Positions 28,569 through 38,553 of a DNA stretch of 64,000 bases are shown piece by piece. The DNA lies in contig JAEUTC010000043.1 of NCBI GenBank assembly GCA_016787985.1, positions 17,145-81,144 of the forward strand, in the 5' to 3' direction. The translations under genes and the position numbers were made by a program. The DNA comes from Flavobacteriales bacterium. Its GTDB lineage: Bacteria > Bacteroidota > Bacteroidia > Flavobacteriales_F > PHOS-HE28. The stretch's first letter is position 1, and each line of letters starts with the position of its first letter. The notes beneath the pieces were generated by a model that did not search any database, was not told the DNA's origin, and was given only the letters and a program-made list of their open reading frames with translations.

Positions 28569-29270
28569 TCACTTGATGCGCACCTCCACCACGTCGCGGG
28601 CGCGGCGGCCACGGGAGAGCTTCTTGCGGTAGTGGTTCGTCCAAAGGATGATGAGCGGCGTGCCCACCAGCGTAGGCCACAACCACTGTAACCACACCGG
28701 CTTGATGAAGGTGAAGTTGACCGCACTGAAAGCCGAGACCGTGGCGATATAGCCACCGAGGAAGCCGGACATGTGCGCGTAGAGCCACTCGTGCTTCTCG
28801 TGGCTGCGCTTGTAGAACCGTTGCAGGTTGCGCCACACGAGCAAGCTGCCGATAAGGCCGAAGGCGAGGAACAGGATGGTACCACTACCGCGGTTGCCGA
28901 GGAGGATATTCACGAAACCCCAGATGAAGAGGCCGCCGTTCACCACACCGGCGGTGCCTTGTACCACCACGTCCATGGTGTCGGGTTTCTGCCCCTCGTG
29001 CAAGCGCTTGTGGTACAAGGAACGGTAGCCGGAAGCCACCAAGTGGAAACTGAGCACGGCGAGCATGGCGAGGAAGAGGTTGTTCTTCCATACGCCCACC
29101 ACGATGGCCGTGATGGCCACCACCGCCATGGCATAGAAGAAGACCTTGCCCCACAACCGGTGCTGATCGCTTCCCTTGCGCACCACCATGGCGATGGGCG
29201 CCACGAACAACGCGATGAAACCCGCCGCGATATGGATCCACCGGAATATGCCGATCACCTGCTCCTCCAT
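28569..29270 (-). CDS. polytopic membrane protein (DUF2306-like?)
   Basis: ~6 TM helices, 233 aa. The family assignment is tentative. Confidence 0.45.
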   Translation of the reverse strand: MEEQVIGIFRWIHIAAGFIALFVAPIAMVVRKGSDQHRLWGKVFFYAMAVVAITAIVVGVWKNNLFLAMLAVLSFHLVASGYRSLYHKRLHEGQKPDTMDVVVQGTAGVVNGGLFIWGFVNILLGNRGSGTILFLAFGLIGSLLVWRNLQRFYKRSHEKHEWLYAHMSGFLGGYIATVSAFSAVNFTFIKPVWLQWLWPTLVGTPLIILWTNHYRKKLSRGRRARDVVEVRIK

Positions 29271-29276
29271 CGATAG

Positions 29277-30692
29277 CTATCGGATTGAACCTTGGGCTGA
29301 AAGTACGGTGTATGGTCCAACGGGAAGACGGAACCATGACGTACCGTTGCCACAAAGTTCACCTTCGGGAAGCAGACCGGAGAGATCGGCGGTGGTGGTA
29401 TGGGGTGGACACTCCTCGCGCACCACCACCGTCACGCTGGCTTCGCGGCCATCCAAGGCGCTGAGCAACAAGGTCTCGAAGGCCATGGCCCAATGGATAT
29501 GGAGGCCTTGTGCATCGAGTTGCTCAGGGGTAGCGCAAGCCTTGCGGACTTCCTTCGTGTGCAACTCGTCCACCAGCACGCGGATCTTGGCGAGCCGTTC
29601 ACCAGTGGGGCGAGACGCGAAGGATATTCCCCGGAATTGCAGGAAGAGCACGAGGGAGAAGGGGACCAGCACGAGCCAGGCATTGCGGGTAGAAAGGCGC
29701 TCGAACCGCAGCAGCAGGGGCAACGCCACGAAGGCCGCCATCGGCACGAAGTTCTTCTCCATCATCATGGCCGTTTCGCCCGCGTGATAGGTGAGCACAT
29801 GCAAGGCGATGAAGCCCGCCACGCTCACGATGATCCAGGAGAGCTCTAGAAATGCGCGTTGGCGCAAGAGCACGATGAGCAGTGCGAGCAGCGCCACCCA
29901 GAAAGCCACATAGTGTGCGGTGAAGTGAACAGTGTGATCGATGAGGAAGCGCCAGCCCGGTAGCGCGAAGAACGAGGTGATGGAGGCAAGGCCCGTTCCC
30001 GTGGAAGCGTAGAGATCGGCCTCGTAGGCGGTGGGCGGAAAGAGCACGCGGAAGATCAGGGGCCATGCCGCGCTAAGGCCGATGAGCGCGAGCAGCACTT
30101 GCCGGGCGGTGTGGCCGCGCACATACATCAACACCAGCACGAAGACCGCGGCGATGAAGCCAACCGGATGCACCAGCAGTACCAAGAACAACGCAGCCAG
30201 GACCGTTAGGAGCACAAGTGGCTTGCGCGATACCATCAAGGGCCCGGTGACCAGGGCCGCGAGCAGGAAGGGATAGCTGAGCAGGTAGTTCGCCTCCAGC
30301 ACGATGCCATAGAAGGTGAGCCGGGTGCAGAGGACTTGGGCGAGCACAAGGCCCAACGCGATCCACGGCTGCCGCAGCCCATGTGCGATGAGGACGAAGA
30401 GCACATAAGGCACCAGCACATGCGCGAGCGAAGCCACGGTGAGCAGCACCTGGAGCGGCGCACCGGTAGTGGCCACGGCCTTCACCAGCAGCTGCGGCAC
30501 CACCGCCGTGAAGCGATGGGCTTCCACCCCAACGCCCGGCACATGGATCCACTTGAAGATCTGGAAGGCCGAGTCGACGTGCACCACGCGGGTGGGCATG
30601 TGGAGGTAGGCGAGTGCGAAGAGGCCGAAGAAGAGGACATGGCCTAGGAGGAGGTAGGCCCGCAGCACAGGAGCGTTCCGTTCGCTGCTCAT
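29277..30692 (-). CDS. large polytopic membrane protein (~10 TM) with C-terminal soluble domain; possible glycan polymerase/ligase-like role in the glycosylation operon
   Basis: Highly hydrophobic over ~350 aa, then a ~110-aa soluble tail. Co-operonic with two GT4 genes. No specific motif recognised. Confidence 0.5.
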   Translation of the reverse strand: MSSERNAPVLRAYLLLGHVLFFGLFALAYLHMPTRVVHVDSAFQIFKWIHVPGVGVEAHRFTAVVPQLLVKAVATTGAPLQVLLTVASLAHVLVPYVLFVLIAHGLRQPWIALGLVLAQVLCTRLTFYGIVLEANYLLSYPFLLAALVTGPLMVSRKPLVLLTVLAALFLVLLVHPVGFIAAVFVLVLMYVRGHTARQVLLALIGLSAAWPLIFRVLFPPTAYEADLYASTGTGLASITSFFALPGWRFLIDHTVHFTAHYVAFWVALLALLIVLLRQRAFLELSWIIVSVAGFIALHVLTYHAGETAMMMEKNFVPMAAFVALPLLLRFERLSTRNAWLVLVPFSLVLFLQFRGISFASRPTGERLAKIRVLVDELHTKEVRKACATPEQLDAQGLHIHWAMAFETLLLSALDGREASVTVVVREECPPHTTTADLSGLLPEGELCGNGTSWFRLPVGPYTVLSAQGSIR

Positions 30693-32107
30693 TCCGCTGC
30701 GATCACCAAGGGCAACCGTTGGGTACCACCCCGTGCGTCCCGCACTTCAATCACGTAGAGCCCTGCATCCAGGTCCACCGCTACTGGCACACCGGGAAAG
30801 ACCCAAGGCTCGGCCAGGACCAAGCGTCCATCGGTATCGAACACGGACAGCGCACCAGGTGGCACATGGCGCAACGTGAATGTATCCGCACAGGGATTGG
30901 GGAAGATGTTGGCGGGGGGGGCGATGTTCTCTTCGTCGATGTTTACAGGATCGAAGGACTCATTCACACTCTCACTCGCGGTGGTACCATTCTCATCGGT
31001 CCGAACAACGAATAGATCCCGCCCACCTGCTCCGTAGCTATCCGTCCATCCGGCGCAGAGGAAACCGGTATCATCGGCATCAAGGCTCAATGCCACATCA
31101 TCGGCCGCACCACCGAACGTGCGACCAAATACGAAATCACCATTCTCCGCACTCTTCAATAGGAACATATCGCGCTCGCCGCCTCCAGAAGTTTTCGTGT
31201 AGCCTACGGTGACATACTCCCCATTCTGCAATTGCAAGTGATCATAGGACCCCTGATCGTTGATCTGACCCCAGCTTCGGAACCACTGCAGCCCGCCTGA
31301 CGCATCCGTCTTCAAGTGATAACCTTCCTCGAAGTTCGAATAGCTCCGCGTGATACCGACCAAGGAGAATCCGCCATCGCTGGTGTGGACGACATCATAA
31401 GCCACATCAAGGGAATCCCCCCCGTGGGTAACGGACCAGAGCTCGTTCCCTTGCTCGTCCACTCGCAGGAGAAGCGCATCCGTCGCATCACCGATGCCAG
31501 AAGAGCCACCGATAGCAAAGCCATCAGGAGTTACGCAGAGGCTGTAACCATTCTGCTCACCTGCTCCTCCGTACCAACGCTCCTCCATCACCTCTCCGGC
31601 GGCATCTAACCGGATCATCCAAACCTCACCGTCCACGGTTGGTTGATAGGATTGCCCGACGACGATGAGTTCTCCATTCGGCAAAACGGTCAATTCCCGA
31701 AAGAGATCCCAGTCCTGTCCGCCGTAGCTGCGCTGCCAGATGACCTGGCCGAGTGCGTCCGTCTTCACCAAAAGGCCATCGTAGTCGCCGCCATCGTTGC
31801 TGTTGCCCGCTATCATCAGTGAACCATCGCCAAGTACTCGTAGGTCAACCGCTTGTTCCACTGCGGGTGTCCCGATGGTGGTGCTCCAAAGTCGTGTTCC
31901 GGTTCCATCCAAGGCCATCAAATAGATATCCGACGCGCCTGCGCCACCGCTTCCAGTGGATCCGGCGACGACGATCAGATCCTCCCCTGCCCAACGGACG
32001 GCCTGTGCCTCCTCGGAACCATAGGCTCCATAGGCCTTTCGCCAAGTTTGCCCCTCTACGAATAGGGCCAAGCAGGAACAAAGGCAGCTGAAGAGTGTTC
32101 TTGTCAT
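30689..32107 (-). CDS. beta-propeller repeat protein with T9SS C-terminal sorting domain
   Basis: Signal peptide. Repeated ...DG....GG..GDDV..SL..D..G........TDSYGAGG.D..V.. blades. C-terminal ...GLYVIEVRDARGGTQRLPLVIAAE CTD. 4-nt overlap with the upstream membrane protein gene. Confidence 0.65.
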   Translation of the reverse strand: MTRTLFSCLCSCLALFVEGQTWRKAYGAYGSEEAQAVRWAGEDLIVVAGSTGSGGAGASDIYLMALDGTGTRLWSTTIGTPAVEQAVDLRVLGDGSLMIAGNSNDGGDYDGLLVKTDALGQVIWQRSYGGQDWDLFRELTVLPNGELIVVGQSYQPTVDGEVWMIRLDAAGEVMEERWYGGAGEQNGYSLCVTPDGFAIGGSSGIGDATDALLLRVDEQGNELWSVTHGGDSLDVAYDVVHTSDGGFSLVGITRSYSNFEEGYHLKTDASGGLQWFRSWGQINDQGSYDHLQLQNGEYVTVGYTKTSGGGERDMFLLKSAENGDFVFGRTFGGAADDVALSLDADDTGFLCAGWTDSYGAGGRDLFVVRTDENGTTASESVNESFDPVNIDEENIAPPANIFPNPCADTFTLRHVPPGALSVFDTDGRLVLAEPWVFPGVPVAVDLDAGLYVIEVRDARGGTQRLPLVIAAE

Positions 32108-32178
32108 CGTTGGCTGTCGATCTTGTTAAAGATCCCAGTGGTGCAAGATCGCACTTGTCGGCCACCTAGCTTCGTTCC

Positions 32179-33432
32179 ATGTCCCCCGCTGCCCTCCGCA
32201 ACTTCATCCTTTTCCTGGTCCTTCTCGTATTGATCGACCTTTACGCCTACAAGGGTGTGAACACGGCGCTCGCGAACCACTCGCTGGTGTTGCGGCGCAT
32301 CGTCCGTATCCTTTATTGGATCGTGTCCCTTGGCATCATGGCCGTGCTGATCTGGACCATGGTGAGCATGCAGGGCTCGCAAGTACGCCGCGACCATAGC
32401 TACGTGTTCTCGCTGGTGGCGCTCTTCCTGCTGTTCTTCCTGCCCAAGCTGGTGATCGTGATCTTCCATGGCCTTGATGACCTGCTGCACCTAGGACGTT
32501 GGGGCTGGTCCAAACTGCTGCCTGGGAAGCCCGACGGCACGGGAGAATTGCTGGACCGCGCCAACTTTCTAAGCCAATTGGGGTTGATCGTAGCTACTGT
32601 ACCGTTCGCTGGCGTGCTCTACGGGGTCACGAAAGGTCGGCGGAAGTTCAACATCGCACGGGTGCCGATCCATAGCCCGAACCTACCGGATGCGTTCCAT
32701 GGCTTGCGCATCGTGCAGATCAGCGACATGCACTTGGGAAGCTTCGGCGATGATGCATCCATCGTGCAGAACGGTGTGGACCTGATCAATGCCGAATCGC
32801 CCGATCTGGTGCTCTTCACCGGCGATATGGTGAATGACTATGCGGATGAGGCCGAGCGCTTCACGGAGATCTTCGCCCAGGTGGAAGCCAAGATGGGGAA
32901 GTATAGTATTCTAGGGAACCACGACTATAGCGATTACGTGAAGTGGGACAGCACCGACGCCAAACGTGCCAACCTGGACAAGTTGAAGCGCATCCATCAC
33001 GAGATGGGGTTCAAGCTTCTAATGGACGAACACGTAACGCTGAAGAAAGACGAAGCACGGATCGGATTGCTTGGCGTACAGAACTGGGGGCGACGTTTCC
33101 AACAGTACGGTGATCTGTCAAAGGCCATCCATGGTTCGGAGAGCCTACCGTTCCGGATCCTCATGAGCCACGATCCTACGCACTGGGAGGAACAGGTCTT
33201 GGGCACCGGCATCGATCTCACCTTGAGCGGGCACACGCATGGTGCGCAGCTTGGCGTAAAGTTGAATGGGATCGTGTACAGCCCAGCACAATGGGTCTAC
33301 AAGCACTGGGCAGGCTTGTACACCGAAGGGAAACAACACCTCTACGTGAACCGTGGATTCGGCTTCATCGGATTCCCCGGCCGAGTGGGCATGCCACCGG
33401 AGATCACGGTGTTCGAGTTGCACAAGGCCTGA
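32179..33432 (+). CDS. membrane-anchored metallophosphoesterase (calcineurin-like)
   Basis: N-terminal TM helices, then ...LRIVQISDMHLG...FTGDMVND...ILGNHDY...GHTHGAQ..., the canonical MPP motifs. Confidence 0.85.
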   Translation: MSPAALRNFILFLVLLVLIDLYAYKGVNTALANHSLVLRRIVRILYWIVSLGIMAVLIWTMVSMQGSQVRRDHSYVFSLVALFLLFFLPKLVIVIFHGLDDLLHLGRWGWSKLLPGKPDGTGELLDRANFLSQLGLIVATVPFAGVLYGVTKGRRKFNIARVPIHSPNLPDAFHGLRIVQISDMHLGSFGDDASIVQNGVDLINAESPDLVLFTGDMVNDYADEAERFTEIFAQVEAKMGKYSILGNHDYSDYVKWDSTDAKRANLDKLKRIHHEMGFKLLMDEHVTLKKDEARIGLLGVQNWGRRFQQYGDLSKAIHGSESLPFRILMSHDPTHWEEQVLGTGIDLTLSGHTHGAQLGVKLNGIVYSPAQWVYKHWAGLYTEGKQHLYVNRGFGFIGFPGRVGMPPEITVFELHKA

Positions 33433-34293
33433 TCACCCCGGGAACACCCGCCCGGCCAGCGTAACGGAACGCTCCAGGTCCGCGAGGTCCAGCCCTGTGG
33501 TGATGCCTTGCTCCTCCAACGACTGCACGAACAGCTCCATCTGCAGGTTGCCCACCAGATCATCCTCCGCCATGGGGCATCCGCCGTAGCCTTTGATGGC
33601 ACCATCGAATCGGCGGCAACCGGCATCCCAGGCGGCCTGGGTCTTCACCGGCCAGTTCTCGGGGGTGCAATGCAGGTGCGCGCCGAATTCCACATGCGGC
33701 AAGGCGGGGATCAATGCGCTGAACATGCTTCGGATATCCTCGGGTCGTGCCACGCCCACCGTATCGCTTAACGCGATGATCCGCACACCGAGCTCGTTCA
33801 CCAGCCGTTCGGTCCATTGCAGGGCCACCTCGGCGTTCCACGGGTCGCCGTAGGGGTTGCCGAAGGCCATGCTGATGTAGACCACGAGTTCCTTGTTGGC
33901 GGCGTTCGTCAATTCCGCGATGCGGGCGATGCGGCCCCACGAGCCTTCGATGCTTGTATTGGTGTTGCGCTGCTGGAAGGTCTCGCTGATGCTGAACGGG
34001 TAGCCCAGGTAGGTGACGCGTTCCTGCTCCACCGCTTGCTCGGCACCGCGCTCGTTCGCTACGATCACGAGCAACTTCGATGCGGACGGCCCGATCCGCG
34101 CGAGCACGTCAGCCGTGTCCGCGAGCTGTGGAATGGCCTTCGGGCTCACGAAGCTGCCGATGTCGATGGTATCGAAGCCCACGCGCAGCAAGCTGTTCAG
34201 GTATTCCACCTTCAGGTCGGTGGGGATGAACGGCACGATACCCTGCATGGCATCGCGAGGACATTCGATCAGTTTCACTGGCGTATTTTCCAT
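33433..34293 (-). CDS. hydroxymethylglutaryl-CoA lyase
   Basis: ...VKLIECPRDAMQG...DTIDIGSFVSPKAIPQ... HMGL-like TIM barrel with the conserved R-D-G-Q and the Cys in ...GGCPMA... Confidence 0.85.
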   Translation of the reverse strand: MENTPVKLIECPRDAMQGIVPFIPTDLKVEYLNSLLRVGFDTIDIGSFVSPKAIPQLADTADVLARIGPSASKLLVIVANERGAEQAVEQERVTYLGYPFSISETFQQRNTNTSIEGSWGRIARIAELTNAANKELVVYISMAFGNPYGDPWNAEVALQWTERLVNELGVRIIALSDTVGVARPEDIRSMFSALIPALPHVEFGAHLHCTPENWPVKTQAAWDAGCRRFDGAIKGYGGCPMAEDDLVGNLQMELFVQSLEEQGITTGLDLADLERSVTLAGRVFPG

Positions 34294-35297
34294 TGCGCGA
34301 ACTCTTCGTTGATCCGTACGATGAGCTTCGGCCCTTCGTACACCAGACCGGTATAGACTTGAACCAGATCCGCACCGGCTTCCAACTTCTCCAGTGCGGC
34401 TTCCGCGCTGTCGATGCCACCGACGCCGATGATGACCACCGGCTTGGGAAGTCGTGCGCGCAGGTATTTTACTACGGCGGTGCTACGGGCCCGCAGAGGA
34501 GCACCACTTAGCCCTCCTGCACCGATCGTTTCCAATGTGGCCTTGGTCGTGAGCAGTCCATCACGGGCGATGGTCGTGTTCGTGGCGATGACGCCGGCGA
34601 TGCCGCTCTCCTTCACCACGGCCACGATGTCATCCAACTGACCATCGGTGAGGTCGGGCGCGATCTTCAGCAGGATCGGACGGTGTACGGCCTTCGCCGC
34701 ATCGCGTCGCTTCAATTCGTTCAGGATCTCCAGCAGCGGTCCTTTTTCCTGCAAGGCGCGCAATCCGGGCGTGTTGGGGCTGCTCACGTTCACCACGAAG
34801 TAGTCGACGACCGCGTGCAAGGCTTCGAAGCAGATCACATAGTCGTCGATCGCCCGCTCGTTGGGTGTCGCCTTGTTCTTGCCGATGTTGCCGCCTACGA
34901 TGATCCCGGGATTGCGGCGTTTCAACCGTTCCAATGCGGCGGCCACACCACCGTTGTTGAAGCCCATTCGGTTGATCAGCGCGTTGTCGGGCTTCAGCCG
35001 GAAGAGGCGCGGCTTGTCGTTACCCGGTTGTGGGAGCGGTGTCAACGTACCCACTTCGATGAAACCGAAGCCGATGCGCGCGAGGGCGTTCACATGCGCT
35101 GCATCCTTGTCCATGCCTGCAGCGAGCCCGACAGGTCCGGGGAATCGCAGTCCCATCACCTCCACGGCCGCCGTACCAGGAGGTGCCGCACCACCGCTGA
35201 GCGCGGTGGCACCCGGCAATTCCAATAACGAGAAAGTAAGGTGGTGCGCTTTCTCCGGAGAGAGCAGGAAGAGCAGCGGGCGAAGAAGACCGTACAT
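34275..35297 (-). CDS. pyrD: dihydroorotate dehydrogenase (quinone), class 2
   Basis: ...GLRFPGPVGLAAGMDKDA...GFGFIEVGTLTP.PQPGNDKPRLFRL...NRMGFNN.G......NIGKNK...IATNTT... are classic PyrD motifs. Confidence 0.9.
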   Translation of the reverse strand: MYGLLRPLLFLLSPEKAHHLTFSLLELPGATALSGGAAPPGTAAVEVMGLRFPGPVGLAAGMDKDAAHVNALARIGFGFIEVGTLTPLPQPGNDKPRLFRLKPDNALINRMGFNNGGVAAALERLKRRNPGIIVGGNIGKNKATPNERAIDDYVICFEALHAVVDYFVVNVSSPNTPGLRALQEKGPLLEILNELKRRDAAKAVHRPILLKIAPDLTDGQLDDIVAVVKESGIAGVIATNTTIARDGLLTTKATLETIGAGGLSGAPLRARSTAVVKYLRARLPKPVVIIGVGGIDSAEAALEKLEAGADLVQVYTGLVYEGPKLIVRINEEFAQWKIRQ

Positions 35298-35580
35298 GCG
35301 CCGCGAAACTAGCGCAAAGTGTAAGCCGCTTGGTCCACTTCAACCTGTGACCGCAGTTCATCACGGCATGTTGGTCTGGTCCCAGTGTAGGTCGATACAT
35401 TGAAGGGTGGCGTTCTTGGCGTTCTGGGAACCTCACCGGATGCGAACGAACAGGTGCGTTTGACCCTGGAAGGGTCACAGACCGTAGTTCGAAGCGTTCA
35501 GGGATCCTCCGACCCCAGCGGGGTCGCAGGCATGCAGCAGCGAGAGCGGATGGAAAGATGTTCCGGCATGACACCGCTGA

Positions 35581-37845
35581 TCAACCTAGCACCCAACGTA
35601 CACCGATGTAACCCCGCACACCTTGTAATGAGGCGTAGATGTAAGTGGCATCAAAGGTGTAGCCATTCGGATTGGTGGTAGCATCACCTGAGGTGCGATC
35701 GAAAGGATCGAACGGCCGCATGAGCGGATCCGTCGGCCGGAAGTCGAGCAGGTTCTTCACACCGCCATAGACTTCAAGCTGGTCGTGCACGCTCTTCTTC
35801 ACTTGTACGTTGACCAAGGCATAGACCGGCGAATACTCCGGTCGGAAGTCGTTGAGCAAGGTGGGCAAACGCATGGGTCCGTAAGCCTGGCCGGTGAGGT
35901 CCACATTCCATCGCATCGGAAGTTGATAGCTGGCCGTGAAGGTGCCTGACCAGCGCGGTGCGAAGAATTGATCGGCCCGCTCGCCATCGCTCTCGGTGTA
36001 GACTTCCATGTACGTGGCACCGGCCAAGACCCGCAACGGTTCGCCCAGTCGCGCTTCCAAGTTCAGGCTAACCCCTCTGGAAACGGCGGTACCAGAAAGG
36101 TTGCGATAGAGGATCAAGTCGTTGTCGGTGGTGTAGTCGGGCAGGATCCGGTTGCTGAAGTGCGTATAGAACACCGAAGCATCCACACCGAAGAAATGGC
36201 GCTCGCCGGGCCATTTGCGCACCACGTTCAACGTGCCGTTCATGGAACGTTCGGGCTGTAGGTCCTCTTCGATCACCACCGTGCGCGAACCGGTGAGGGC
36301 GGCGTGCTCTTCGGTGAAGAGGTTCACCACGCGGAAGCCGGTGCCGAAGTTGGCGCGCACCGCCCAGCGTCCGTTCGGTGCCCATTTGTAGGCGAGCCGC
36401 GGACTTTGCACGAGGCCATGGTCGCGATCATGGTCGAGGCGATACCCGGCCAACAACTTGTGGACTTCGGTGATGCTCCACTCGTCTTGGACGAACAAGC
36501 CCGGCAAGGGACGTCGTTCAGGGGCATTGCGCAGCACACCGCCACGTTCCTCGGCGGTGGCCACCGTGTTGTCATCGTAGTGCGTGTAGCGATAGGCCAG
36601 TCCGGTGAGGAGGTCGTGCCGCGCTCCGATGCGCTTCGTCCAATAGAGCTGCCCGAATAGGACCTGCTGGTCAGCATCGTAGGGCATGGTGCCGTACCAC
36701 GAGCGCTGCTGGTGCCCGTTGGCGCTCACCTGAAGCATCACCGTGCCCGGCATCGGCAACTGGTACTGACCGATCAGCTCCCAGCGTCGGGTGCCGATGC
36801 TCTCCCCGTAGATGCTGTCGCCACCAGCGAAGGCAGGTGTCCACCCCATCTGCCCCCCCCAGCGATCCTCGTATACGTAACGCCCGGCGAGGTTGGCCAC
36901 GCGGCGATCGCGGCGCTGAACGGCGATCTTGTTGAAGATGGAGATGCGCTGTTGCAGCGTGACATCGGTGAAGCCGTCGCCGTTGCGGTCGCGCGCATCA
37001 TCGTAGTGGAACATGTTCACGCCGAGCAGGTCGTTCACCTTGTCGTGGCGGAATCGTGCGCCCAAGTCGAGCGAATGCTCCTGCCAGCTGGTGGTCATGG
37101 CCTCCACCGACAGGCGCGGGGCCAGCACCGGGTCCTTGGTGATCACGTTGATGATGCCCCCCATGGCCTCGCTGCCGTAGAGGGAAGAGCCCGGCCCCTT
37201 CATCACTTCCACGCGCTCGATCAGGCTGAGGGGTATGCCACTGAGACCGTACACCGTGCTTAGGCCGCTCACGATGGGCATGCCATCGATCAGGATCATC
37301 GTGTAAGGCCCTTCCATGCCGTTGATGTGGATATCGCCCGTGTTGCACACACCACAGTTGATCTGAGGCCGCACTCCGTTCACCATGGCCACGGCATCGA
37401 ACAGCGCCGGGCTGGGATCCTTGCGGAACAACGCCGGGGTGATCACCTCCACCGGGACCGGGCTTTCACTGCGCGAGATGGCCCGCATGGTACCGGTCAC
37501 CACGACCTCGTCCAATTCGGAGGCATCAGCCTGAAGCACCACTTTACCCACATCATGCTGACCTGTCCCGATGGCAGGAACATCAATGGTCCGGGTGCGC
37601 AAGCCGATGGAACGGCACACGAGCCGAAGCGGCGTTCCACACGGTACCACGATCTCGAAGCGCCCGGAGACATTGGTCACGGCGCCGGTCGTCGTGCCTT
37701 CCAACACCACGTGGGCGAACGGGACCGCCCCTTCAGCCGCGCGCAAGAGCCCCACCACCGTGCATTGCCCGATGACACGGACACCGGACACCACCAGCAG
37801 CAAGAGAAGGACCACCGTCCGGAACATGCGGCGAAAGTAATCCAA
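35581..37845 (-). CDS. TonB-dependent receptor with N-terminal carboxypeptidase-regulatory-like domain
   Basis: Signal peptide, CarbopepD_reg-like region, plug (...VVVTGT...), 22-strand barrel ending in an aromatic residue. Confidence 0.85.
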   Translation of the reverse strand: MDYFRRMFRTVVLLLLLVVSGVRVIGQCTVVGLLRAAEGAVPFAHVVLEGTTTGAVTNVSGRFEIVVPCGTPLRLVCRSIGLRTRTIDVPAIGTGQHDVGKVVLQADASELDEVVVTGTMRAISRSESPVPVEVITPALFRKDPSPALFDAVAMVNGVRPQINCGVCNTGDIHINGMEGPYTMILIDGMPIVSGLSTVYGLSGIPLSLIERVEVMKGPGSSLYGSEAMGGIINVITKDPVLAPRLSVEAMTTSWQEHSLDLGARFRHDKVNDLLGVNMFHYDDARDRNGDGFTDVTLQQRISIFNKIAVQRRDRRVANLAGRYVYEDRWGGQMGWTPAFAGGDSIYGESIGTRRWELIGQYQLPMPGTVMLQVSANGHQQRSWYGTMPYDADQQVLFGQLYWTKRIGARHDLLTGLAYRYTHYDDNTVATAEERGGVLRNAPERRPLPGLFVQDEWSITEVHKLLAGYRLDHDRDHGLVQSPRLAYKWAPNGRWAVRANFGTGFRVVNLFTEEHAALTGSRTVVIEEDLQPERSMNGTLNVVRKWPGERHFFGVDASVFYTHFSNRILPDYTTDNDLILYRNLSGTAVSRGVSLNLEARLGEPLRVLAGATYMEVYTESDGERADQFFAPRWSGTFTASYQLPMRWNVDLTGQAYGPMRLPTLLNDFRPEYSPVYALVNVQVKKSVHDQLEVYGGVKNLLDFRPTDPLMRPFDPFDRTSGDATTNPNGYTFDATYIYASLQGVRGYIGVRWVLG

Positions 37846-37892
37846 TTTTTAGCCTCGTCTAATTTATTCGTCTATATTTGCCTCATCATCCC
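37846..37892. promoter_or_regulatory. divergent promoter region with Bacteroidota -7 element TATATTTG and TTAG-N6-CTAA inverted repeat (candidate DtxR/MntR operator)
   Basis: TATATTTG matches TAnnTTTG ~14 nt upstream of the regulator ATG. aTTTTTAGCCTCGTCTAAtTT is an imperfect palindrome resembling half of a DtxR box. Confidence 0.35.
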
Positions 37893-38549
37893 ATGCTCAC
37901 CCGCAGCGAAGAGGACCACTTGAAGGCCGTCTATGCCCTGTTGCTCGATGGCGACAGCGCGCTCACAAAGGACATCGCACACCGCTTGCGGACCAAGGCG
38001 AGCAGCGTCACTGACATGCTGAAGAAGCTGGCGGACAAGGGCCTGCTGAAGCATGAGCCGTATTATGGTGTGAAGTTGACCGCCAAGGGACGCGGACATG
38101 CCGTACAACTCGTCCGTCGGCACCGGTTGTGGGAGACCTTTCTGGTCCAACGCCTTGGCTTCGGATGGGACGAGGTGCACGAGGTGGCCGAGCAGTTGGA
38201 ACATGTGGCCGACGACAAGCTCACCGACCGTCTGGACGACTATTTGGGCAAACCCGCCTTCGATCCGCACGGCGACCCCATCCCCGACCGCAAGGGCCGC
38301 ATTCGACCCCGCAAGACCCAACGCTTGAGCGTATGCCGTGCTCAAGAAAGCGTGCGCATCGCTGCGGTGAGCGAGACCACGGACGGTCTGCTGCGGCTGC
38401 TCGACTCCAAAGGCCTGCGCATCGGCACACAGCTTACGGTATTGGAAGTACACCCCTTCGATGGCAGCATGGATATCAAGCCCAAGAATGGCGCATCCTT
38501 CAGCGTGAGCAAGGAAGTGAGCCATCACTTGCAAGTAGAACCCGCATAA
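37893..38549 (+). CDS. DtxR/MntR family metal-dependent transcriptional regulator with C-terminal FeoA-like domain
   Basis: MLTRSEEDHLKAVYAL...TKDIAHRLRTKASSVTDMLKKLADKGLL...GHAVQLVRRHRLWETFLV... Start at ATG 37893. Confidence 0.85.
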   Translation: MLTRSEEDHLKAVYALLLDGDSALTKDIAHRLRTKASSVTDMLKKLADKGLLKHEPYYGVKLTAKGRGHAVQLVRRHRLWETFLVQRLGFGWDEVHEVAEQLEHVADDKLTDRLDDYLGKPAFDPHGDPIPDRKGRIRPRKTQRLSVCRAQESVRIAAVSETTDGLLRLLDSKGLRIGTQLTVLEVHPFDGSMDIKPKNGASFSVSKEVSHHLQVEPA

Positions 38550-38553
38550 GCCC

